In this document: in pieces, positions 40,656 through 51,608 of the stretch | Layout: the number at the start of each line of letters is the position of its first letter | Position numbering within the stretch: position 1 is the stretch's first letter | Source: a virus | Length of the DNA stretch: 64,000 bases | IMG/VR virus record: IMGVR_UViG_3300045988_123906 | Reading direction: 5' to 3' (one strand) | Notes under the pieces: model-generated | The model's database searches: none | What the model saw: the letters and a program-made list of their open reading frames with translations, nothing else | Told to the model about the DNA's origin: nothing | Program-made: the position numbers and the translations under genes

Positions 40656-41651
40656 TCAGGCCATCTTATATGCGCCGAAGTCACGATCAAACACAATGGC
40701 AATGCCGGTGCGCTTCATCATCAGGAACTCCTGGCTCATATCGGCGTTGTTCATCGAGGTGCCCATCAGCATAGTGACATCACCCTCGGTAACGCGCTTA
40801 ATGGGCTTGGTGTCGCCAGCAAACACGTACAGGGTCTTGTCATCCAGGATGAAATCGGTGGTGCCGGTGGCGTGACGCTGCTTCACAGCAATCAGCTCAG
40901 TACCATTGAAGCGGCCAAAGTGACCCATTGCGTACATATCTTCCTTGGCGGAATCAGACACAACGGCAGTCTTGATCTGACGCAGAGCCTTACGGGTGCC
41001 AACAATCACAGCGGTCTCGCCAGTAGAAGCCTCAACGTGCTCGATCAGGTCCAGCAGCTTGTCCTCGTCAAAAGAGCCGGTCTCAATGTAGGGAGCATTC
41101 AGCTTGCTGAACATGCCAACGAATGCAGCATATGCAGAATCCAGCTCATCCTTGGTGAAGGACTTGGAAACGATATCAACAAACTTGTTAAAGTCGATAC
41201 GGCCAGCCAGAACACGGTTCAGCTCCTCGTAGATCTTAATAGCGTGCAGCTGAGTATTGACGGTGATGTCAGTACCAGCTTCCAGACGCTGACGGCGCAC
41301 GCCCTGAGTACCCTCGGCGATATCGGCAACAGCAAACAGGCACTCGCGCTCGATGTGGAACTTGGGAGTGTCGCCCAGAGCCAGGTTGCGATCCTCGACC
41401 ATGTTCATAAAGAACTCGTCGCCCTTCAGACCTTCCTCAGAAATAACATTGACCAGCTCCTCAACAATAGCGAACACCTTGGAGCAGCTGCCATCACGCA
41501 GAGCCTTAATGTCCAGCTTGGTGGAACCGCCATTTGCCTCAACCAGAGCCTTGCGCAGAGCCTCCTGGGTGTCGTTCACAGAATAATCACCAGCAACGTG
41601 GCCCTTGTAGCCATCGAGAGCCAGCTTGACCAGATTAGAATCAATAGCCAT
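40656..41651 (-). CDS. major capsid protein (331 aa)
   Basis: Positioned after the scaffold and decoration genes. Strong SD, high-GC3 codon usage and capsid-like sequence. Confidence 0.7.
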   Translation of the reverse strand: MAIDSNLVKLALDGYKGHVAGDYSVNDTQEALRKALVEANGGSTKLDIKALRDGSCSKVFAIVEELVNVISEEGLKGDEFFMNMVEDRNLALGDTPKFHIERECLFAVADIAEGTQGVRRQRLEAGTDITVNTQLHAIKIYEELNRVLAGRIDFNKFVDIVSKSFTKDELDSAYAAFVGMFSKLNAPYIETGSFDEDKLLDLIEHVEASTGETAVIVGTRKALRQIKTAVVSDSAKEDMYAMGHFGRFNGTELIAVKQRHATGTTDFILDDKTLYVFAGDTKPIKRVTEGDVTMLMGTSMNNADMSQEFLMMKRTGIAIVFDRDFGAYKMA

Positions 41652-41728
41652 GGTATAAACCTCCTATAATAAAAATGGCCGCCCGCTTTAAACGGACGGC
41701 TTTATGTTGATTTCTTAAAACTTCGGAA

Positions 41729-42241
41729 TCACTTCAGGGTGATCATGTAGTAGGTATAGCGACCATCGCCAAAACCAACAGTCTCAACGAAGTCAATGCA
41801 GCCAAAGGTCTTGTCATCAGCAGCTTCCTGAATCTTGATCTTGGTGTCATCGGCAGCAAAACCGACATACTTGCCCTTTGCGGGGGTGCCGTTAAATGCC
41901 TCGGCAGTAGCAGAGAAGCCACCCTTAGAAACATTCAGAGCATAAACACGCACGGGCTTGCCAGCCTCGTTGACCCACTCGGGCAGATAGTGTGCCACGG
42001 TCTGATCATAGAACAGCTCAACGCCAGCGGTCAGATACAGGTCAGCAACGGTGGAAGTTGCGGTGGGAGCGGTAGCCTTATAGACCTCGCGACCCAGCTT
42101 CTCGCCCAGAACAACCAGCTGAGCGTTATCGATCTCAGCAGCATCGGACTTCTTGTAGAAAATAGCACTCTCCAGCTGAGCACCATCCAGGGTGCCACCC
42201 AGCTTGTCAATGCGCACAACAGCATGCTTATTATTAGCCAT
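41729..42241 (-). CDS. head decoration-like protein (170 aa)
   Basis: Lies between the scaffold and major capsid genes, as in SPP1-like head modules. Confidence 0.4.
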   Translation of the reverse strand: MANNKHAVVRIDKLGGTLDGAQLESAIFYKKSDAAEIDNAQLVVLGEKLGREVYKATAPTATSTVADLYLTAGVELFYDQTVAHYLPEWVNEAGKPVRVYALNVSKGGFSATAEAFNGTPAKGKYVGFAADDTKIKIQEAADDKTFGCIDFVETVGFGDGRYTYYMITLK

Positions 42242-42269
42242 AATTATGTACCTCCTAATTTTTGGTAAA

Positions 42270-43898
42270 TTACTTATTGCCGAGATAGTGTTCGATCAGA
42301 CCACCATACGCGACATCTGAACCGTTCTGGGTGCCACCCACGCCAAAGCGGACAGTTCCTTTGTTGTTTTTATTGGGAACATAAGAAAACTCAGCACTCT
42401 TACGGCCAACCAGCGCATAGCACTTAGTCTCCAGATCGGAGTAGCTGATCTCCTTGTTCTCTTTCAGTGCGATATACTCAGCATCTGCGCCAAGCTTCTC
42501 GTCAAAGGTGGCAAACAGAGCGTTGCGCTTTGCTTCCATCTCAGCGGCTTTTGCGTCAGCTTCAGCCTGCTGATATGCTTCTAGCTTTGGTTTGATCTCG
42601 CTAACTTCATTGGCCGCTTTAGTAAAGCTGTCAGACAGTTCAACAAGTTTGTCAGTCAAAGTAGAAAACATAGTGATTAGGCCAGGCATTACGTCGCCAT
42701 TATCCCAGTCCTCATAAATAACTTTTTTGCGTTTAATATTCTCGTACTCCAGAACAACATTGTCACCGTTCATAGAGTAGGGAATACCCATCAGTTGATA
42801 TGTGCCAGAATCGGTTACAATAACTTCGCTGCCCTGAATATCAGTAAGCCAATACTTAGGAATCATGCATTCATTGTCCCAACGAGAAGGAACCTGAACC
42901 TTAAGCAGCGCATTATAAACTTCATCACGAAGCTGATTAGCGGTCAAAGTAAATTCGCTGGACGTAGCGGGTTCGTCTTCTTCGGCTGGCGCAGTATTCT
43001 CAGCGGGAACCTCAGTTGTTGCATTTTCTGCACCTTCTTCAGGTGCGGCGTTTTCGGCAGGAGCAGCCTCAGATTCGGTCTTTGTCGCAGTATTCTCTGC
43101 GGCGGGAGTCTCAATCTCAGGATTCTCCACAGCGCCTTCTGCCACGGCATTTTCAGTCATAGCAGGATTCTTTTCATTTTCATTCATTGGCGTTGTATCT
43201 CCTTTCTCCTCATCGGATGGATTATCATTTTGCGCAGTATAGTTCTGCTGAATTGCTTGATACTCATAGAGCCGATCGCGGATCTGAGCAGTAATATCTT
43301 CAACAGAAAAATTGGCAGTAACGCAGCTGCCTGTCATAGCGGGCTTGATACTCGGATCAGTCGTAGACAGAATGCAGCAACCGTCAAATTTAAAAGACCC
43401 CACAGGAACGTTGCCGTTCTTATCTGCGGGGCCACAAGCCATATCGGTCAGCTCAACACTGTGATTCTTCGTACCATCACGGGTGAAAATATCTACAGGA
43501 TCGCTAAATTTTGTCCAAATCAAACCATCAACACGCAAATACTCCCGTTCAATACCGGTGCCGTCATCCTTAACGATCCAGCGAGGATTACAAGATTCAG
43601 GGATAACACCATAAGCTTGACCAGCATAGACGTACTTCACGTCTTTGTCGGTGATCCGCAGTTCATGTTCATGTCCTTTAAAGTCCTTGTCTTCCTCGTC
43701 AAGTTCATCTACAACGTAGCCCAGGATCGGCGTATTACGGATTGTCGGTACTGCTTTGTTGATCGCGTCTTTTGTGAAACTTGTCTTATTGAGGTTTGCT
43801 CCAGTGTGCATTACATCAATGCTGACATCAATGAAGCGAAAATCAGAAGATTCGTATTCGCCCTTCTTAATAAAAGAAACCGGATATTGTTGATTCAT
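42270..43898 (-). CDS. scaffolding protein, possible protease-scaffold fusion (542 aa)
   Basis: Acidic, low-complexity middle region and a coiled-coil C-terminus. Located directly downstream of the portal region. Confidence 0.5.
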   Translation of the reverse strand: MNQQYPVSFIKKGEYESSDFRFIDVSIDVMHTGANLNKTSFTKDAINKAVPTIRNTPILGYVVDELDEEDKDFKGHEHELRITDKDVKYVYAGQAYGVIPESCNPRWIVKDDGTGIEREYLRVDGLIWTKFSDPVDIFTRDGTKNHSVELTDMACGPADKNGNVPVGSFKFDGCCILSTTDPSIKPAMTGSCVTANFSVEDITAQIRDRLYEYQAIQQNYTAQNDNPSDEEKGDTTPMNENEKNPAMTENAVAEGAVENPEIETPAAENTATKTESEAAPAENAAPEEGAENATTEVPAENTAPAEEDEPATSSEFTLTANQLRDEVYNALLKVQVPSRWDNECMIPKYWLTDIQGSEVIVTDSGTYQLMGIPYSMNGDNVVLEYENIKRKKVIYEDWDNGDVMPGLITMFSTLTDKLVELSDSFTKAANEVSEIKPKLEAYQQAEADAKAAEMEAKRNALFATFDEKLGADAEYIALKENKEISYSDLETKCYALVGRKSAEFSYVPNKNNKGTVRFGVGGTQNGSDVAYGGLIEHYLGNK

Positions 43899-44110
43899 TC
43901 TGTTTTCACCTCCTCGTCAGCAAAATAAAAGCCCTGGCGAATCGCAACCTGCAACTCAGCCAGAGCATTTTCAAACACAGAATCGTATACAAAAACATAC
44001 TTGTTTGTTGGGTCTATTCGTAGCATCAGAGCGCCACGGTCGGTCAGGAACTTTGCCATCCCGGCGGAGTGTGCTCCGTGTACGATAACTTCATAAATCT
44101 CCTGACTCAT
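43895..44110 (-). CDS. hypothetical small protein (71 aa)
   Basis: SD AGGAGG. ATGA overlap with the scaffold gene. Confidence 0.5.
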   Translation of the reverse strand: MSQEIYEVIVHGAHSAGMAKFLTDRGALMLRIDPTNKYVFVYDSVFENALAELQVAIRQGFYFADEEVKTE

Positions 44111-44111
44111 C

Positions 44112-45635
44112 TTATGCCTCCTGTCTATCGGCGCTTACATTGCCAGCATCAGACAGGCCCTCGCCCTTACTTGCATTTGTTGGGCGGCCACCTTCATCCC
44201 CGGCGGAACCGGACTGAGTATTGGAGCTCTTGAGCGGTGTTTCACCAGCACTAAGTCCCAGGATTTCATTTTCAAGATAAGTCATGTTCTCATAATCGCT
44301 ACCCGCATAACCAGTAGTTGCAAGAGCGGCGGTTCGAGTCGGCATACCATAGGTGGCATCCTTGAGATATCTTTCATGCATCTCAGTCACGTTATAATGA
44401 GTGACTGGTAGGAAGTTTAGGCGGAACTTATAAGAACTGGAAACGCTCTTCAGCTTGCGATTGATCCAGCGCTCCAACTGTCGCATCACCGCAAACACGA
44501 TCTCCTGGTCATTCACGGTACACAGCTGCAGGGTAGTAGCAGAAGGATCTTCGCCACCGCCGAACAGATTCTTATTCACGCCAGCGCCTGTAAAGAATGT
44601 GGCCTCAGCATTTGCGACCTCTTTAGAGTCACTGTTCACGCCGCTCTTTTCAAAGTTCCAGCTACTGATCTTCATGGGAGTAAGAATTGCGCCAATATTC
44701 GGCGGAAGTACATTACTCATCATGTCATAGAACTCTTTTGCTGTATCATAGTCGATCAGGAAAGAGCCGTCAGCATCATTCACTGGAATCTCCATTGCCA
44801 GCGCCTTATAGTTATTGGTCTCACTTGCGTTTTTACTGATGGCACGGTAGTCTTCAATATCGGCAAGCGCACTAAACAAACTCACAAATGGGGGAATGGG
44901 GATATAATCGTGCTCGTTTACTTTGATGCAGATGGATTTGGAACTGTCCAGCTCTTGCCACTTGTAGTTCTGCGAGTCAGCCTTATATTGGTTATACATC
45001 GTCTCAAACTCTGGCGGATAGTTGGGCAGCTTGTCTTTGTTGGAATCAAAATAAGAAAAATCAAAAGCAAAATTATAAACGCCGTCTTCAATGCTGCTTA
45101 TTTTACAATAGTCGGCATCAAGATTTTGGAAAGCAAAACTGTCATTTGTCTCCCACGCATAGCCATAGTAAACATCATCGCGGAATGCAATTGTCAGTAT
45201 CTTCGTAGCTTCGTGCGGGATATTCATCAGCTCAACTGCTGTTACAGCGGAATAATATGCTTTCTTAAATTTATTGGCGTTAATTGTCTTAGAGCGATCA
45301 AGTCCATACGGAGAGATCGTGTAAGAGTATGTAGACATATTCGCAAAATACTGAATCAGTCGGCGATAGTAATTTGAAATATTGAATAGATATTTACTCA
45401 TATTTCGTAGCTGCTTCTCATAGTTGGCTGGGTTGCCAAGATAGGTTACGATCTGATTTTTCGTATATTTTGTATATGTTGGATTTGTGTCGGTACTCGA
45501 TGCTAGATTACGGATACCGATATGTGACAGGTTCGCATAAACGCCATTGACAAGATCCTGATATGTTACATAAGAGGTCTTACCATCTTTGGCATTTGTT
45601 ACGCGGACCTTTTTCTGCATTTTATCTTCAGCCAT
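44112..45635 (-). CDS. portal protein (507 aa)
   Basis: Called from its size and its position immediately after terL. SD GGGAGG. Confidence 0.65.
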   Translation of the reverse strand: MAEDKMQKKVRVTNAKDGKTSYVTYQDLVNGVYANLSHIGIRNLASSTDTNPTYTKYTKNQIVTYLGNPANYEKQLRNMSKYLFNISNYYRRLIQYFANMSTYSYTISPYGLDRSKTINANKFKKAYYSAVTAVELMNIPHEATKILTIAFRDDVYYGYAWETNDSFAFQNLDADYCKISSIEDGVYNFAFDFSYFDSNKDKLPNYPPEFETMYNQYKADSQNYKWQELDSSKSICIKVNEHDYIPIPPFVSLFSALADIEDYRAISKNASETNNYKALAMEIPVNDADGSFLIDYDTAKEFYDMMSNVLPPNIGAILTPMKISSWNFEKSGVNSDSKEVANAEATFFTGAGVNKNLFGGGEDPSATTLQLCTVNDQEIVFAVMRQLERWINRKLKSVSSSYKFRLNFLPVTHYNVTEMHERYLKDATYGMPTRTAALATTGYAGSDYENMTYLENEILGLSAGETPLKSSNTQSGSAGDEGGRPTNASKGEGLSDAGNVSADRQEA

Positions 45636-47392
45636 TACAGTCCTCCCTTCTTTAATACAGGCGCTCTAAAGTTAAACGTGAGCGAAGTTGGCTTTTTATT
45701 CTTCTTCTCCATGCTTCGTTCAACTTGCTGCGCAATGTAATAGTTGTAAGACAGGGAAGAGTAGCGGTCTTTACGGCAGCCGGATTTCTCCTTGACTTTG
45801 ATAACGTTATTCACGGTTTCGTAGCCCAGATTTACAAGCTCGTTTACAGCAAGTCCGGTATTGATATATGGCATCTGTAGTGCGGCTCGTTCAGTAGGCG
45901 ACATTTTATCATAGCCTTTATAGATTTTGCGCAACTGGTCTTCACATCCGTACTCACTCTGAAGCAGATGGATACGTCCTTGCTGGAAACCGCTGCGTAA
46001 TCCAATGGCTACATCGCTATTAAACTGGGAGCTGCCCATAATAGCCTAGATGACCTTGCGAGCATTTTTGTCAGCACAGCGAGATGCGATTTCTTGATTG
46101 TTACAGCAGCTAATCGCAGGATACGTTTCGCCTGTTTCTGGGTCATACATATCGCGCATTAACAGGTCGACCAGAGGTAATCCAACGCCTCTACAGTCAA
46201 CCCCGATATAATCACAGTTGAAGTAATCGAAATACCGTCGCAGTTTTAGTGCCTGGTCTTGCGCACTCATACCCTCAACGTTCTCTGAATAGACAAAGTT
46301 GCTGGTATAGCGCCCTGATTTATTCGGCAGCATACAGTTCAAGAATATACTGGTTGCGTCGTTGTCGTTTTTGCGACTGCTCATCAATGCAATATCGGCA
46401 GTAAGAATTCGCACTTCACCATTTTTCTTTTTCGGCACATCCATAGCAGCTTGATTAAGTAAAAGATTCGGTGCGTAGAACGCCTTTTCAATGACGCGCG
46501 TTTTGTTGATGTCATCAAATTGAAATAAGCCGCCTTCGGTAGCACCAAGCCACTTACATTCGTTCTCCATTGCAAATGTCAAATCAGAAAAACTGGATTC
46601 ACTCATTTCATCTTCTACAGCCTCCTTCAACAGCAAGCCGCTCTTGATTGACATTTGATACGGGAAGGATACGCAGAAATATTTTTTATTAAAGTCGATC
46701 ATATTTACGAAGTAGTCCTGACATTTTTCATAGCTCCAATGGTTTTGGAACCAAGCAGAACTTAGATAGAATTCTTTATTTCGCTCTGCAAGATGTGCAT
46801 ATTGTGGCTTGTCCAAATATCCAGGATGACGAACAATATTCAGGAACTTCTTCAAAATCAAATCAATAACATCTTTAGATAGTAATCTATATTCATCACA
46901 GATAAGAAGTGTAGCTCGACTACCACGACTGCTATCTGTTGCAGTGACAACTTTGATATAGCTACCGTTCCTAAATATAATTTCTGCCTTTTGATTATTG
47001 ATATCGACCTTTTTGATTTCAGATCGTAGAAGGGGACTATTGGGGTAGATCTCCTTCATTATCTTTTCATCCAAAATACTGATAGATTGGCTTCTTACCT
47101 TACAGGCAATACAAACCTTGGAACCAGGCCATAGAATACATGTAATCACACAGAAAACTGCGGTTAGAAATGACTTACCAAGGCCACGAGCAGCAATGAA
47201 GCAGAAGCCGGTACATCTTACCATCAAAAACAATAGTAGCTCTTGGAATGGCTTCAATGTCAGGTTTAAATAGTCTTTTGCAAACCGCTGAGGATTCGCC
47301 CTATAAAATGACGCCCTCAGGGCAACTGCGTTCATTATTTTTTCTGATTTTGTATTCGCTACTTCCTTATCTGTTAATTTCTCTTTACTCAT
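45635..47392 (-). CDS. terL: terminase large subunit, 585 codons, in-frame TAG at 46046..46048
   Basis: Walker A ARGLGKS and Walker B LLICDEY. ORFs 46046..47392 and 45635..46039 are in the same frame, separated by TAG plus 2 codons. The downstream piece supplies the nuclease-side C-terminus (KDRYSSLSYNYY). Confidence 0.85.
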
Positions 47393-48387
47393 GCGGAACC
47401 ACCGCCTTCGCCAATACCGAAAATAGTTTCGCGGAGGCTAGTATCTGTGGCATCGTCCTCATTTGTCTCTGGTTTATGAGCAGTATATCGTTCAAACTCT
47501 TCGTCAAATTCGTCTTGATATGGATTCTTTAAGTTGAACATCTTAAGCAACGTGCCCAACACCCATACTCTGAAATACTTACCGATACCATCAACGTCCT
47601 GCCACTCTGGCGACGGCTCTGGAATCGGTTCTTCCTCTTCCTATTTCTGAATCAGCGTGCCAAAAGTATTCGTCTCAGCCAGTGCGTTATCGTTCGTCTG
47701 GTTCGGCTTGATTTGGGCAGAACCCATTAGGTTTTGTAGGTTATCGTTTGCCTCTTTGATCTTTTTGGTATCACCAGTGGCATCAGCCTTATCGCAATTA
47801 AGTTCTGCCTTTGCAATGCGTTTGAACAGAATTTCTTGTGCGGCCGTCTTACATTCATGTCTAGTGATAAGATTTTGATAGTGCTCATCAAGGAATAAAT
47901 AATCTTTTTCATCCAGACCAGTACCCCAGAATTTTCTCATCTTCAGAGTGACCTTTGTCCCCTTTGTATCACCGGCAGCCAAAGCGTCTTTTTTCTTCTG
48001 GTCGATCACATCGTCATAAGATTTATCTGCATACTGACGTATATTAAGCCGTCCCATATAGGTGTTAATTTTTAAAGCAGATGCCACAGAATGTTCTGAA
48101 GCGTCAAGCAATTTATCATTTACATAGGTATCGAACATCATAGCCAGACGGTCAATCGCTTCATCTTCATCGTTATACTTCTTAACATAAAACTCAAACA
48201 TCTTCTCACGGCACTCATTGCACCACGGGAGGTATCCGTCGTTACCAATAAACCATTGACTCTTCGTTTTTGAGAAATTACCTTTGCGCACGTCATAGAT
48301 TTTTCCGCAACACATACATTTACCACCACTCCAAGAGGGCGGAACCTTGATACGAGGCGGTTTCTTATCTGCGGCAACTCTGGCCAT
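47389..48387 (-). CDS. terminase small subunit-like protein, 332 codons, in-frame TAG at 47641..47643
   Basis: SD GGTGGTGA before ATG 48387. Read-through adds 83 acidic codons and ends in an ATGA overlap with terL, which has no SD of its own. Confidence 0.55.
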
Positions 48388-48628
48388 AGCCAATCACCAC
48401 CGTTCCATCGTCCATCATATCATCGAAGCGATATTTGATCTGATCCTATAGTTTTAAAACTTCATTCAGTTTTTTCGTCTTGCGGAATTTTGTATATACA
48501 GAGCCGGTTACCGGGTGCTCTCCAATCTCTTCGTAAAAAATTCCCATAGCGCGAACAAACAGCGCTGTCCGTCTGGAATAGCAGTAGAAGTAATCGCCTC
48601 CTAAATCTTTGTGATATTTTTCTTCCAT
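48365..48628 (-). CDS. hypothetical small protein (60 aa to TAG 48446, 87 codons if read through to TAA 48365)
   Basis: ORF 48446..48628. The extension would overlap the TerS-like start, so it is ambiguous. Confidence 0.4.
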
Positions 48629-48664
48629 CTCTAATTTGGAACCCTCCTTTTTAACTTATTTTTG

Positions 48665-48741
48665 TGGGTACAGGTATGCGAGTTGAACGCATCCAAACAC
48701 AGCTTATGAGGCTGGTCAGCACACCGGCGCTGTCACCTGCG
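48665..48741 (-). tRNA. tRNA-like element, anticodon CAU (Met/Ile2 type)
   Basis: Hand-folded cloverleaf. Acceptor CGCAGGU/ACCUGUA with a C1-A72 mismatch. D stem CAGC/GCUG with GG in the loop. Anticodon loop CUCAUAA. T arm AUGCG-UUCAACU-CGCAU. 3' CCCA. G8 and G14 are non-canonical. Confidence 0.4.
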
Positions 48742-48745
48742 ACAT

Positions 48746-48778
48746 ATAAAAATGCCCCAGGCCGTAGCCCAGGGCATC
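48746..48778 (-). terminator. rho-independent terminator after the phosphoesterase gene
   Basis: The minus-strand RNA forms GAUGCCCUGGG-CUACGG-CCUGGGGCAU followed by UUUUAUAU. Confidence 0.6.
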
Positions 48779-48788
48779 AAAATCTCTA

Positions 48789-49973
48789 TTAAATTACTAT
48801 CTTTGCTGGCTTCTCCAGCTTGACATCGTACAGACATTCTAGGCCGCTGTCATCGATTACAGCCACTGCCTGTTGCGGCACATCATTCTTGCGCAGTCCA
48901 ATTGCGTAGGAATCGCTGCCACAAACGCAGCCGCTCTCAATAACCTTCGCACCATGCACCGTTGTCATGCCGTTTGTGTGGCGGTGACCAAGGAACGCCA
49001 TGTCAATTGGCTGCTTCACCATCAGTGTCAGGTGCTCAACGACGTTAGCAGGGGAGTCTTTATCTCCATGTGCGTACATCACAAGACTATTCCTAGCTTT
49101 AAAGCCACCAAAGGTCGGATCGAGCTTCTCTGTTTTAATATCAATGCCAGCCAGATTTTGCAGCCGTGCCTTCATATAGAACGGGATCAGTGCCTCAAGT
49201 TCATCGCCTGCTACCTGATCCTCTTTGCTGGGGAATACTCGTGAATGATTGCCACTCACAGAATACACGTCAATATGCTGGCATACCTCGTACAGTGTAG
49301 CAACAAAATTACTTACCAGCTCTGCAGCCGTCATAACCTGCTCAATGCTGTTTTCATTGTTCTGCACGCGGGTATTAACATGGATATGCCCATTGATCAG
49401 GTCGCCCAACAGCAGCACATGAATCTTTTCGGCTGTATGTCGCGCTACGATATTGAACACCTGTGCAGCATAACTCTCAAGCCTAGCTTTCAAGATATCT
49501 TTGTTGAACTTATTCCACGCCGAATCAATACCCGCGCCAGCATGTAAATCAGACAAACACACAATCACATCGTGACCGCTGTCTTCGTATTGCACAACAT
49601 TCAGAAAGTTGTCAGGGTTATACGGAGCAACGTTCTTCAGAATCAATTCCTTAACGGATTCGGCACGGGCAACATCGCGATACACTTTGTTTGCTGCATT
49701 GCGTTCATCTTGTAATTTGATCTTTTCAATCTTCAGTCGCTGTAGTTCATCCTGGATTGTTTCTTCGTTGGCGTGATCAATAGCGTAGTCATAACCATCT
49801 TTCCACGACTTATAGGTCTTGCGGTATCTGCATTCGCCATAGTCTGAGCCGGTTGCTTCATTCAGCAGTTCTGCTGCCTGATTCTAAGTCAGCTTACGTT
49901 CGCTGCATGCCTCACCAATCCGCATCATATATTCATCAAAGGTCTCGCCGTCCGCTTTCTTAAATTCGTCCAT
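48789..49973 (-). CDS. metallophosphoesterase, 394 codons, in-frame TAG at 49884..49886
   Basis: Calcineurin-type motifs LSDLHAG, GDLINGH, GNHS and GHRH. SD GAGGTGG before ATG 49973. The N-terminal 96 codons are open across the TAG. Confidence 0.7.
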
Positions 49974-49981
49974 GCGCCACC

Positions 49982-50179
49982 TCAGATCTCAAAATTGGTG
50001 TTGGTACGCTGGGTGCGGTTCAGTTCGCGTAGCGCCTCTTCTGCCTCGGGATTGCCAGGCAGCTGAGTCAGCACAGACTTGATTTCCTCCGCATACCAGT
50101 GATGAACGGTACGAGTGATATGGACACCGGGAATAACCTTACGCAGATACTCTGCCTCACGCTTAGTAATTTCAACCAT
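49982..50179 (-). CDS. hypothetical small protein (65 aa)
   Basis: ORF with an SD-like AAGGAG and TGA stop. Confidence 0.5.
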   Translation of the reverse strand: MVEITKREAEYLRKVIPGVHITRTVHHWYAEEIKSVLTQLPGNPEAEEALRELNRTQRTNTNFEI

Positions 50180-50255
50180 TATAATAAATCTCCTTTGTAA
50201 TTTATAATCGAAAGGGAAATATACAACACCCTTTCATATATTAAGAACTTAAAGT

Positions 50256-51068
50256 TCATTTCGGTCGTTTGTTTCGATTCGCATTCTTTTTCGCTAGACG
50301 TGCCTGTTCTTTCTTTGCCGCACATCCTTTGCAATATCTGCTGGCATTTGGCTTTTCTGAGTGATACTGTTCGCCACACACGATGCAATAACATTCCTTC
50401 GGGTCAAACAACTCTCGCACTATGGCGCTTAGATTCAGCCGATTGTTTTCAAGCATCACATTGAACGTGTACGCAATCGTGTCATTCTTATCAAGGGCAA
50501 AATTTGGGTACTGGTATAAGCATCCAATGTCGTCAGTGCCGGTTCTGTTCAGCAGGTGATAGTCGTCAGAGATCTCTTTCATGCCCCGCACTGTATTATA
50601 GCCGTCGTCCTAGTTCTTCCCAGCGCAATACATGATCTCTGTCTGCTCTTCAAAGCAGCCACCAAAACGTTTCATCTTAAACTCAGTATCCAAGGCAAAG
50701 GTATCACTTCCATACAGTCGGCAGAAGAATATTACCCCAAACAGAACACGTAATTGTGCGTAGTTGATATGATACTTTTGGCGCGCCTCTGTGATATAGT
50801 CCAGATCTTTCTGATAAAGCACAACTTGATGTACGTCAAGTATGGGCGCGTTATTTTTACGGCCTCTGCTGAACGTCTGGATCAAGTGGCTACGGTCATA
50901 GCTGACAGACTCAGGATTTTTCATCCGCTCATAATAAATGGTGGCGCATTCAATAGGGGAGAGGGAGGTTCGCTTCAGCAGATTTCGCAGCATCAGATTT
51001 GACTCGTGATAGTCCTGCCAATGATCGAGCAGCATATTCTCATTACAGTAGAAAGTTGTATATGCCAT
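50256..51068 (-). CDS. hypothetical protein, 270 codons, in-frame TAG at 50610..50612, C-terminal CxxC..CxxC and basic tail
   Basis: ORFs 50610..51068 and 50256..50591 are in the same frame with an open 6-codon linker. Confidence 0.55.
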
Positions 51069-51077
51069 TTAACCTCC

Positions 51078-51362
51078 TTACTCGATTGGTATAATTTCGC
51101 CATCAATATAGCGGCAAAGTTGTCCATGTGCATTATAGTATGGAGACATATATCCACTATGTAGCCAATAATATATAACTCTTGTATTCTCATCATAGAT
51201 AAGTTTCGTATTAGAAATACTATACAAAGAACTTCCATTATAAACAGCTTTATCGCCTACATTGTTTTTACGCGGAATAGATGCCCAAATTCCAATACCT
51301 AAACATAAACATATTATAGCTATCAAAGTAATTATTGTTATTTTAAAACACCGATAACTCAT
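51078..51362 (-). CDS. small membrane protein (94 aa)
   Basis: N-terminal transmembrane helix ITIITLIAIICLCLGIGIW. ATGA overlap with the upstream gene. Confidence 0.55.
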   Translation of the reverse strand: MSYRCFKITIITLIAIICLCLGIGIWASIPRKNNVGDKAVYNGSSLYSISNTKLIYDENTRVIYYWLHSGYMSPYYNAHGQLCRYIDGEIIPIE

Positions 51363-51607
51363 TCTGTTTCATCCTTCTCATCAACTGCTTCGTGAACATA
51401 ATTTGAAATACGCTCGAATTCGGTATAATCAAAATACATCTCGCCACAATCACCGCATACCATCGCCGTGATATCCGGCACATGAACCATCTGATTTTTA
51501 TAAGTAAATTCGTGCTCCAGTCCAGTCTGCTTTGTCAACAAGCCGCCACATGTAGGACACTTGGTTATTTTCTGCAGTTTCTTTATTTTCTTCTCAAACC
51601 AACCCAT
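51359..51607 (-). CDS. YgiT/MqsA-type zinc-finger protein (82 aa)
   Basis: CPTCGG...CGDCGEMYFD spacing matches YgiT-type zinc-finger domains. Confidence 0.5.
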   Translation of the reverse strand: MGWFEKKIKKLQKITKCPTCGGLLTKQTGLEHEFTYKNQMVHVPDITAMVCGDCGEMYFDYTEFERISNYVHEAVDEKDETE

Positions 51608-51608
51608 A

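Noticed and set aside
49874-49896. Hairpin CTGA-CTTAGAA-TCAG placing the TAG at 49884 in a loop (possible recoding signal, or an anticodon-like CUA loop on the opposite strand)
   Set aside because: The stem is only 4 bp. No comparable structure or shared context was seen at the other 16 TAG sites. There is no cloverleaf around it.
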